A stretch of DNA of 64,000 nucleotides from contig NMRA01000035.1 in assembly GCA_002633005.1 (NCBI GenBank), positions 1,021,059 through 1,085,058 of the forward strand, given 5' to 3'. This document shows positions 11,801-59,477 of this stretch, piece by piece. The notes under the pieces were generated by a model. The model saw nothing but the letters and a program-made list of their open reading frames with translations, searched no databases and had not been told where the DNA came from. The position numbers and the translations under genes were made by a program. Origin of the DNA: Phoronis australis. Taxonomy: Eukaryota; Animalia; Phoronida. The stretch's first letter is position 1. Each line of letters opens with the position of its first letter.

Positions 11801-14800
11801 TATTTCTATTCACTATATATATTGTAGCTAGAGTTAATAAACTTTGTGTGTCAGTAGAAAATCAACGACTGTTAGTTTTAATGCTGCTCTCCATCGACTT
11901 GTTGTTGCTACCTTGTTAGCCAACTATCTACCGTTCAACCAAGAACCGGGTAACATTACACAACTATGCTATCACGGCCTATCCCACATTACTCGAGCCG
12001 TATTCTCCACAAGACACCAATAGGTTCAAACATGAAAGGGGTAAAACATCTTCACCTGGAAACTGTTTAACTGAGATTCCAGTGGTAACTGGCAACACGT
12101 AGTGAAGCTGCCTCGGAAAGCAAGATTCAAACCGCGTGTGTGAACCGCAACAGCATCATGTGAAGTACAAGTCACATTCACAGTTGTGGAATTACGAACA
12201 GAGTTGATATAAACCCACGTGTAAGCCAATCCCCATCTTCGAACCACCCAAATTGCAGGCCCTGGGGTTCATACTCGGACTGGTACAGTATATTTTGAGA
12301 TTGAGAACAACCATTTACCTTGCTATCTAGGAACACTTCTCCAACTGTGAAATATTTTTCCTTGAATTCTGGGACACCCACATCCTCGTGGACAACAGCA
12401 TAAACTGGCACATCACGAGCCCTTAGGTCAGATTTGTGCAGAGAGGACAACGCATCGGCTTCCTGAAGAAGGCAGAACGGGCTTCATGAAGCCTCATCAT
12501 GAATGCTTTTACATTGCAACAGAGGATTCTTTACACAATAAATATGATTTGTTCAGGTAAACTTGAGCTACATTTCACATTAAAAGGTTTAAAAGAGTCT
12601 GTAAATCTATTCCTTTCCATCACAAAGGCCAACTTTTGATTCAGACCGCTTAAAATTAGGAAATTTGTCTCAAATTTTACCTGCGTCAAATAAGAGAGAA
12701 TTTATTGTCTTGTGAAAATCAAGGCCATTATTGCTAGAAACCAAGCTCCAGGTTTATTTCAGATGTCGCAAACTGTCTCGAGCAATGAACTCTCAAATTT
12801 TTCCAAGCCCAGAAACGACATCTCATATGAGTTAGGAACAAGTTGAGACTAGTTTGAGAGCAGTAAGAGGTCTTACTTTAAAGTCATCTCCTTTGACAGA
12901 ACACTGCGGATTTATAGTCGTTTTAAGTGATTGGGAACACCATTTTTTATCAGAAAGAACCCTGGCCAGAGATCAGTTGTTTAACTGACACACCCAGTAA
13001 TACTTGATGGCAACAGTCTGATATAACGTGCCGGTATTTTGAGAACCAGTTTGATGCCCGTTATTCAGAGGAGAAAACTGCTTCTCAAAAATCGAGAATG
13101 TTATATCTGACCATTAACAAACTCGACAGCCCTTGTCAGATTGTATTTTCTGGGAAAAGAGTTCACAGATAAGATATGCAGGGCTATTGGGGAATGCAAA
13201 AAGCTAGTTACAAGATGCACCATGATAATTGGTGTTCATAGTCCAAACGTAAAGTAAATAACATATAAATCGATAAGTGAAAAAATTAACTTGAAATTGG
13301 GACGCTTGCCACTAATCTGGTCTGACACATTTAGAAGGCCACCGCTGACCTCACTAAGGAAAATTTTGTCAGTCAAAATTCCCAGCACTTGTTGATTTTT
13401 TTTTAGTAAATCAGTTTTCAGTAAAAACATTTTTCACATAGGGAAGTGCACTTCCTAAATGTAGTATGGTGGAAGCATTGAGCAAGAAATCAGTTGTTCG
13501 GTAAATGTACATCACTGAACAATATTAAGAGACCAACCTCTCTGCACAAAAATCATCCAGTTCGTCGCACCACCATAATTACTGCACCATTGTCTTTCCA
13601 CAGGTCACTGGCCTGTAAATACAGAGAAATTGGCAATCGTCAATTATAGGGGTCCAGCACTTTGAGAACTAGTTTGATGCCTGTTATTCAGTGAAGAAAA
13701 CTGGTTCTCAAAATGCGGGGCCCCTGAAAGTAACTAGGTTCGAGAATATATATATATATGTATATGTATATGAATATATATATACATATATATATATATA
13801 TGTGCATAAGAAAATGGAGCCCAGCTATACGTCTGGTATTTTTCGACATCATTAGAAAATTGAAACAATACAAAAGCAGTGTACCGCACCAACTTTGCAT
13901 ACCAAGAAATGCAAACATGCCAAACAATGAAGCAGATGACGCAGATGACGGTGCAAAAAAACATCAACATATCTGTTGATCTAACAATTAAAATACAAGC
14001 CATCAAAAGTGCCATTCCAAAGTGAAAACTATTGGAAATAATTTTTCAAGCTTGTTTTTACTAGGAAACGTTTTTTGCATTGGGACACAAATTTGCAGAG
14101 ATTCTGAGTTTGAACAAATTTTGCTTGATAGGTGCAGGAAAAATTTATCCATAACCTATAGGATTCGTCGATTCAGTACACAACAATTCAGATTGTTATC
14201 TGTATACTAAACCACTAGTATAGGTGCATATGTTGTACAACACTGACTGCGAAGTGTCATTGTATACCTACAGGGGCAACATAATTTTCCAGTGTTCACG
14301 AATCCTTTGGGTACAAGATCATTTGAGAAATTTATCATGTATTTTGCCTGAATATTTCTTTGATTTCAAAATACAGGTGAATGGCGCTATCGACTAGTAA
14401 AACATTGGTAAAACATAAAACAAATACTATTTGAAACTTACAGCTGTGAGTGTGGTCAGGAAGTTGCAGCATTGCGTTCAGTATTCGCCGATGCGCGCGA
14501 ACCGAAAACATGAACGTTGAAAGAAAAAAATGAGATAACATGTACAGCACACAACTCACAAAATGAACCGTGTCACACTGGATCTGAGCTTGCCAAATCT
14601 AGCGCTATTTGGCATATAGTAAATCTAGAATCAGTAACCAGTCAATAGAAATGATCTAGAACCAAGACACAAGCATATTCCATGAACAGGTGACTTCATC
14701 AGACTTTTTACCTTGAATACTCTTGGCTCATCTCCAAATGTCTTCAGGTCTGTGTCAGCCAAGTACTCCAATGAGGCCTCCGTGCCAGTTGACGGCCAGT

Positions 14801-14858
14801 TGCAGTATATAGCCACAACTGCGACTACCCCCGCAGTGGTCCACAGCCACGATCCCAT
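8896..14858 (-). CDS. PRXL2A: Selenoprotein U1 / peroxiredoxin-like 2A (FAM213A, AhpC-TSA-like thioredoxin fold), 212 aa, Sec at codon 69; exons 14858-14712, 13612-13538, 12462-12319, 10569-10434, 9032-8896
   Basis: Spliced product: MGSWLWTTAGVVAVVAIYCNWP...ASLEYLADTDLKTF...VFK|ASDLWKDNGAVIMVVRRTG-U(TGA)-FLCRE|EADALSSL...VPVYAVVHE...GEVFLDSK|RKFYGP...NNLEGEGRLMG|GLFVMGRGDQGILLEHREQEFGD...PKPSAKL*. All introns are GT-AG with phases 0,0,0,1. It matches PRXL2A motifs (LEYL, AVRRPGCFLCREEA, FYGP, GNLEGEG, QGILLEHREKEFGD). Confidence 0.95.
9468..9979 (-). mobile_element. Penelope-like retroelement 3' fragment (GIY-YIG endonuclease + pseudo-LTR) with inverted terminal copy
   Basis: ORF 9619-9912 has GIY-YIG-type CAGCGSSYIGETVRHLKTRTKEH...LKIREALHISWCKPNLNRQ. 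Perfect 59-bp inverted repeat 9466-9524 / 9895-9953. A 12-bp direct repeat aatgaaaacttt at 9456-9467 and 9980-9991 is a probable TSD. Confidence 0.88.
9492..9537 (-). ncRNA. Minimal type I hammerhead ribozyme (Penelope pLTR type)
   Basis: Minus strand reads ACUU-CUGAGGA-U-GGUGU(UUAAUAAAUG)ACACC-GAAAC-AU-GUC-AAGU: intact core, stem I ACUU/AAGU, stem II GGUGU/ACACC, palindromic ACAUGU stem III. Predicted cleavage after GUC (9496/9495). Confidence 0.8.
13020..13115. repeat. Short hairpin-forming interspersed repeat, copy 1 (others at ~13661-13713 and ~19961-20065)
   Basis: Shared core tttgagaaccagtttgatgccc...gagaaaactg(g)ttctcaaaa, with inverted arms (ataacgtgc...ttttgagaa / ttctcaaaa...gttatat). 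Confidence 0.7.
13538..13612 (-). CDS. PRXL2A: SelU exon carrying the in-frame UGA (Sec) of the UxxC redox motif
   Basis: atttacag|GCC AGT GAC CTG TGG ... CGA CGA ACT GGA TGA TTT TTG TGC AGA GAG|gttggt. The exon is 75 nt, phase 0/0, with TGA at 13555-13553. Confidence 0.93.
13746..13803. repeat. Imperfect (TA)n microsatellite
   Basis: atatatatatatatgtatatgtatatgaatatatatatacatatatatatatatatgtg. Confidence 0.9.
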
Positions 14859-15787
14859 CTCAGCCTCCTTCGGGTCAACTCTATTAATAATAAGATAATT
14901 AACTAATACTCAATTAACCAACAATTAGGAGGACGAACAGAGCTATTNAGAGAATCTGAGTTTGAACAAATTTTGCTTGATAGGTACAGGAAAAATTTAT
15001 CCGTAACCTATAGGATTCGTCGATTCAGTACGTAACAATTCAGATTGTTATCTGTATACTAAACCACTAGTATAGGTGCATATGTTGTACAACACTGACT
15101 GCGAAGTGTCATTGTATACCTACAGGGGCAACACAATTTTCCAGTGTTCACGAATCCTTTGGGTACAAGATCATTTGAGAAATTTATCATGTATTTTGCC
15201 TGAATATTTCTTTGATTTCAAAATACAGGTGAATGGCGCTATCGACTAGTAAAACATTGGTAAAACATAAAACAAATACTACTTGAAACTTACAGCTGTG
15301 AGTGTGGTCAGGAAGTTGCAGCATTGCGTTCAGTATTCGCCGATGCGCGCGAACCGAAAACATGAACGTTGAAAGAAAAAAATGAGATAACATGTACAGC
15401 ACACAACTCACAAAATACTGGATCTGAGCTTGCCAAATCTAGCGCTATTTGGCATATAGTAAATCTAGAATCAGTAACCAGTCAATAGAAATGATCTAGA
15501 ACCAAGACACAAGCATATTCCATGAACAGGTGACTTCATCAGACTTTTTACCTTGAATACTCTTGGCTCATCTCCAAATGTCTTCAGGTCTGTGTCAGCC
15601 AAGTACTCCAATGAGGCCTCCGTGCCAGTTGACGGCCAGTTGCAGTATATAGCCACAACTGCGACTACCCCCGCAGTGGTCCACAGCCACGATCCCATCT
15701 CAGCCTCCTTCGGGTCAACTCTATTAATAATAAGATAATTAACTAATACTCAATTAACCAACAATTAGGAGGACGAACAGAGCTATT
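14097..15787. repeat. Tandem duplicate (14097-14947 / 14949-15787) spanning an N; contains SelU coding exon 1 twice; probable haplotype-overlap artifact
   Basis: The two copies abut the single N at 14948 and differ by a few SNPs and one 12-bp indel. The exon copies 14712-14858 and 15552-15698 encode identical peptides. Confidence 0.85.
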
Positions 15788-16719
15788 TTTTACAATACAT
15801 ACAAGTCGCCAGAAAGAAGAATTTTTTACCAGGCTAATGTACTTTGGACTTGTAAAATACTGGTAGTCGCTGATTAGCGCTGTAGGTTTGATTAATGACC
15901 TGGAACTGGCACACTGACTGTAAGTTCTCCACAGACAGTCATGTGCTACTGCAACTTTACTGAAGAAATGTAGCAATGGTTCAGGATTCATAATGTGGTC
16001 GGAACACAAATCCTGAATCTCAAACCGTTTGTAAAACAGGGTACTAGAGCCCACATTGTCTGACTGGTAAGTAGGAAATCTTAGTTAGACAGTAAGGCCT
16101 CAATTGTAAATGTACTGTATTATGGGACACATGAATTCACTAAAAAAATCATTGACACACAAGTCTGAATTTATATTGGCCAGTTTTCTGATTTTCAGGA
16201 CTTTTTCACTTAAATATTATAGATATTGCCATCCGTTGGCAAGTTACCCATGAGGACCACCAATCCCAGTCTTTCAATAACTTTTTACACTCGCGACATT
16301 TAGCGAGCTGACAAGATATGATGTGACGTATTTTGATATAAAAATAGGTCACAGACTCATTCTTCCCGGCGTCGTCAACGGTTTTTACTCCTTGAAAAGA
16401 AAACCTGTCATTGTCAAGTCTCAAACAATATTTGACACATCAAACAATGCATTGAAATTGCTAATGGCAGGTAGTAATGTTAGTAGTGAAGTGGCAGAGA
16501 TTCTAGGCAATTACATCGACTAGGATGCCGCAGGCATACAGGGGCGGTGAGTACATCCCCACAAAAAGTTACGAATTCCAAAATACAGGAAATAAAATCA
16601 AATGAAACATGCATATATGCACATGGAATTATAAGAAACACATACCATAAGTCTGGAGACGATTCACTATAATTTGAACAAACTGATGAAAATCTGTCGC
16701 AGTTTGCTAAAGTTTCTCT

Positions 16720-17577
16720 TACCGGGAGCCATTTTGAGGAAGTTACTTGAAATCACGCATGTTGATGAATAAAAAGTCCAAGGGACACAAATCTTACAAC
16801 TTTCACCCAACACCTTCCCATGCTATTTTGCAAGTGTCACGTGCCAGCGTCATGAGCTTTGCCCACTCTGGCGCTAGCCCTTGCCTAACTCACGTGACTC
16901 AGTTGAAATACTTTGCGGTTATCGCGCACCTGGTGAAAAAGTTAACAGTGACCAGAAAAGTGGAGTTGGAATTCTTCGCCAAAGTCACCTTAATTCTTGT
17001 AACTAAGCTTCATAAGATATGTGTAGAAGTAGAAAGGACCACTGAAGGAAGTTAGCACTTTTTAGTGATATGTAGAAGTTTTTAAGTGAGGAATGTATTT
17101 TTGTTGAGGTGAAAACTCCTAATCGGTTTCCGGATTTGGCCTACTGCCCGTTTAAAATAAACGGGACGAAATTAGTACAGAAAGCGATGGGAAGTGTTGT
17201 AGACCCTAACCGGCCAATCAAAGCAAGGGGCTATGTGTTGCCTACACTACATAGAGAGATTCATGGAAATTGTGAAAATGGTGAACTTTGTAATGAGACG
17301 TTATTTGACTTGTTTCACTGCTGCGCTGGCCTTCAGCCGCGCGCGCCCTCTGTCGGCATCAGAAGACAACTGTTGTTCATCTTGGAGACTGCCGAAGTTG
17401 GCTTTCCGGCCCATATGCCCGTAATGTCCAATGAGGGCGCAACATGAATATTAATTAAGCAGCCCTGCAGCCGATACACGTGCTGGGATGCAGAGCGGCA
17501 TTCGATATCCAGACCGCACACCTAAGCAGAGCTATTGTCTTGTTATTGAGCTCAACCACGGACAACTAAGATGTAAG
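16720..17577. promoter_or_regulatory. Putative divergent promoter region for SelU (-) and Delphilin (+), with candidate first exons
   Basis: Locally CpG-richer. Minus-strand donor CCCG|gtaaga at 16723/16722 with a YY1-like caaaatggc. E-box/AP-1 tcacgtgactca at 16890-16901. CCAAT box near 17214. Plus-strand donor AAG|gtaaga at 17577/17578. Confidence 0.45.
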
Positions 17578-20500
17578 GTAAGACACCTTTGGAAATTACT
17601 ACAACAGTTAAACCTTGGCTTGAGTTCATAATGCAAGTTTTAGAGAGCTTGAGCAACTTAGTTCTGTTGTCCTCCCATGTAGTTTAATCCCGTCGGAACA
17701 GCACAGACCACGTCGTGAGTGCTAAAAGTTATTGAGAGACTAGGAGGTCGCTAGCAGCATACACGCCAAACGGGAAGTGAGGAAGGGAAGCTGAAGGGTA
17801 GGCCATCACTGAAACACAGACAAATTTCGGTTTAGCTCACCAACTCATTCCATGGGTTAGTAAAGTACAAAATGAGAGAGTAAAAATTTACGCCGGTACG
17901 CCTTATGTCAACTACTATATGACTTCATACTGAACCAGAAAATGGCCGAAAATGGCAAAATAAGCGAGAATACCTCAGGTTCTGAATCTGCGGGCTTCAG
18001 CGCATTCTCACAATGACAAAGGTCATGGCCTATTTATTGCCACAATCTCACCAAAAGATGTCACTGGTTGACCATTACCACAAAAATAACATGTGAAATG
18101 TGTCTTAACAGTAAATTTTTGGCGTTCCTCATTTTTATTGTTTATGCTTACTAAATATCCAAATAAGAAGCCCCTAAATGCTTAATGTTTTAAATAAATT
18201 TCGAGTACCTGCGACCTGATCACGTGACTCATAAGCTTCTTTGACAACAACAGCAGCAGACATTTGAAATTTGACGGAACATGTTGAACATAGTAAGAGT
18301 AAGTTAAATTTGTGTATTTGATGTGGAGTTTAATTTCACACCTTGCTTTTTGTTGTGTAATGTCGTTTTTGTGCGGTCTTTTGAGTGATTTTTCAATGAG
18401 TCAGTTGAAATGTTGACTTAGAATGAACAGAATCTTTTCATTGAATGAATCGTAAAAAATGGGCCGAGTCGGCGAGTGACTGATGAGTAAACATTTTTTT
18501 GGACCGTACGTCTTCTATACCAGTAAATATACTGTATGGAAGTAAACAGGTAAAGGGACTGGGGTTCACCCAGGATAAAAACATGGCATCCAAAATAGGT
18601 TTTCCATATTTCTTGGGGTATCTGGCACTGCTGTACGTGAACTTGGAACCTTGCTTAAATGATTTCAAGATTAAACGGAAGTGAGTGTTGCGTGAACTTG
18701 GAATACGCGAGGCAAATTGACAAGTTCACTCAAATAATCACGTTCATGTTCATAAAAATTTGCACTGCACTAAATCAAGTTACATTTGAATAAAACAATG
18801 TCAATTTTAACCAACCTTTTCAACTACGGGCGATCAGTTTCACCCAGCAATAATCGATTTAGCCATTCACATATTCCTCTGGTTCAGCGACACAAGTTAC
18901 GGTAAAGGAGAAAATGGTTGATCACAAGGCCAATAATTACAAAAATTCTTTTCACCGAACAAAAATTTCTCCTTTTTGCTATAAAGAATATTCAATTCCA
19001 AGTTCACTCACGTACAGCATCCACAAGGTCATTGGGACATTGGGAATGCTGTTTTCATGAGCCCAAGTCAAATTGGCGACTTGATGTAGTATGTTACTGT
19101 GGAGACATGGGTCTGTAGTAAAGTTTGCATATCTTAAGTGATATCTTACTGAGCCCATAAACCTGCCTTCTGTCACAAAAAAACATTTTTTTTAAATCGC
19201 CATTGTGAAATTGGTCTCACATCGGGCACTAGTTGGATATAATGGACCCTGATTCAGAGAACCAGTTACATCCACTAATTAAATGGCCGCTATTCAGTGA
19301 TTGCCTGGTTCTCTAAATCAGTGCCTCACACTGTTGGAATAAGCTGACAGATCCTTATTGTTTGAGAGCATCATCTCAACAAGTTGACTTGTCACAGCAT
19401 GTTATTTCATTAATGCTGGGCATGCTGTCAAGGAATAACGAACTGTGGAAGTTCTTTCCTGGACCAAAAATCACTTCTCATCTACCTAACGAACAAGTGG
19501 TCTGAATCAAAATTTAATTTCTTTAATGAGTTTTTTATTGTCGCTTCAACTAACTTTGTATTCTGACAGTCTTTGCTTTCATGTCTCAAAGTGAGGTAGA
19601 AATATTCTATCAGATTCTGAATCCTGTATAAAGTAGCAGAAATTGGTCAGTACCAGGGACGATGCTGCAAAACAGAATTGTACCTAACCATTTTCAAGAG
19701 GATTTATCAAACATTTAAATGAGTATGTTTTGTAAATATTCAAAAAAACCGGTTATAATCGAAGAGAATTTATTACTACTGGAAGTGTGCAGTGCCTGCC
19801 AGATCTGTTCAAACTGGTGCATCAGTCTTCTTTATAAGTGGAGTGGAAACTTCTTTACATGTCAGTCTGCCAAATCTATTCAAGATCTTACTTGGATACA
19901 GAGGCTTACAGTGGATGAACAGTAATGGTGACAGAGATGGCAGGAACATGGGCAATAGCAGGTATAACGTGCTCGTATTTTGAGAACCAGTTTCATGCCC
20001 ATTTTTGATTGGAGAAAACTGCCTGGTTCTCAAAATTCGGGCACGTTATATCCGACCATTACCAAAACATGCACCCATATGTGCCTGATTACATGAAGCA
20101 ATGCAAATAGGTACTCAGCTGTGGTAATTCTTTGCTTATCTAGCCCACAATATGGACAAGAAGTGAAATTATATTTTCCCAAAATTTCCCGCAAAGTAAA
20201 GATTAAGAATTTTTTTGTCTATTACCGACATGGTTTGCACTGCTGATGTTTAATCAACTTAAAGGTATGTTTTGCATTATTAGGCCTTTGAAAACTGGAA
20301 AAAAGGTTAATTTTGGCAATTATTTTGTGGGAAATAAGTAGAAAATTCTAGTGTGTTCTCTAAATTTTCAGCGCACTTGAGAACTTTGTGGAAACACTTA
20401 TTTTCTTTATCCTGTTATTTTACCTGAACTCATCACTACAGTACATTAAGTTCTAACTATGATACATACATACTGTGTGTAAACTCAACATTGAATTCTT

Positions 20501-21912
20501 CATATTATTGAAAATAGAGAGGTGCCTTTTAATATAACATCCCCTATGGTAAGGACTTTAGGCCCAGTTATCTGATACATTATTTGTATATGTCTCAAGT
20601 AAAAGATGAGCTCGTGATAAAGACCTTACAGAATGTAACATTTGTGAATAAACAAAGTCTAAAAATGCCCTGAAAATTTAGGTTATATAGCTGAGTCCCT
20701 GTTGGGAATGTTTCAAACCACTAAGTAGTGGATACGGACAATTTGCAAATGCAATTATGATCCAACCAAAGCCCATTATGAAACTTATCTGATAAGACCT
20801 GTTGACCAAAACATTTGATACTGCCGCTTGATTTATTCACATTTTTTGTGTGCGACAGGTTGTTTAAAATGATGATTACTTTATATCAAACACTTGTAAA
20901 ATCATCACAGTTTTTATTCTCTGATAGTGTTATGTACATATCTCCAGTATGTGCATTGTTTTATCAAAATGTACTGTTCCCGTTCATCAATATTTACGAC
21001 TTGTTCTGAAACGCGGTATTGATTTTTATCCCAGCTTGGTTTTGTGGTCAGGAACTGACCTCAGATTAAGCTACAGTACTTACCTGTGCATACTAAGACA
21101 CTTTTGCTTTCCATTCGCAGAAAATGCTTGGACATCAAAATTTTGTTTTATTACTTATAGATGATTCTCTAAGTAGTTATTATGTGAATGATTACCAGTG
21201 TAGAGTATTTTGGTCTTCCATTGTTCTATGCTTACAAGTTAGTGTATGGTGAATATTACAGACATAAAAGGATTTTGTTGTCACTGTAGTGCACAGCAGT
21301 CTCAGCATATTTTTATGTTTGCCAAGCTTAAGTTTTATCTCTATTTATTTTAATAAACACATGCTGTGCCATATCAACATATGTCAATACAGATCTTACA
21401 TAAAGAATGTATGTTACCTTTCTCTGGAGTATTGGTTTTGATTAGATATTGATTAACGGCTACATATTCTGGTCTGATCATAGTTAACCCTGGGTGTCTT
21501 GGGTGTCTCGTTGACTCATGCATAGGTAGTCACAGGTAGTTAAGGTGTGGCTTAACACCTGGATCTAGTTAGAATGATGGTGTTTCACTGTAGTAAGTCA
21601 CGGAATTTTACAGAGATAGGGTGGTACCGATTTGTATTTGTAAGTTTCAGGAAATGTGCTGATTTCTTTGTATTTTGCTGTCAAAATTTTCCAAATGCAA
21701 ATTGAGTTGTAAGTATTTTTAGTGGATACTTGATTAAAAATGTTATAATCTGTGGTTAGAATTGCAAAGAAATGACAAGATGAGGTATTAAGAAAGTTCT
21801 TTTTTCTGTAGGTGTCCATGTGATAAGCTTTGAGGATAGCTGTTCCCAAAACAAATGTCCGTCCAGATGAATCTCAAGAGGAGAATTCTCTCAAAGCTTT
21901 AACGAAGAAATT

Positions 21913-59477
<37,565 letters not shown>

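Noticed and set aside
13553-13555. Premature stop codon, making PRXL2A a pseudogene
   Set aside because: The TGA is exactly at the catalytic Cys/Sec position, all other exons are intact and a SECIS is present.
13688-14015. ORFs with YIYI/IHIH repeats
   Set aside because: They are translations of the (TA)n microsatellite.
15471-15698. Second SelU gene or alternative first coding exon
   Set aside because: It is identical to 14631-14858 and lies in a duplicate abutting an assembly N, so an allelic overlap explains it best.
21868-21870. In-frame TGA upstream of the Delphilin ATG as another recoding site
   Set aside because: There is no recognisable homology upstream of 21913 and I noticed no SECIS. 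An ordinary 5' UTR stop is the simpler reading.
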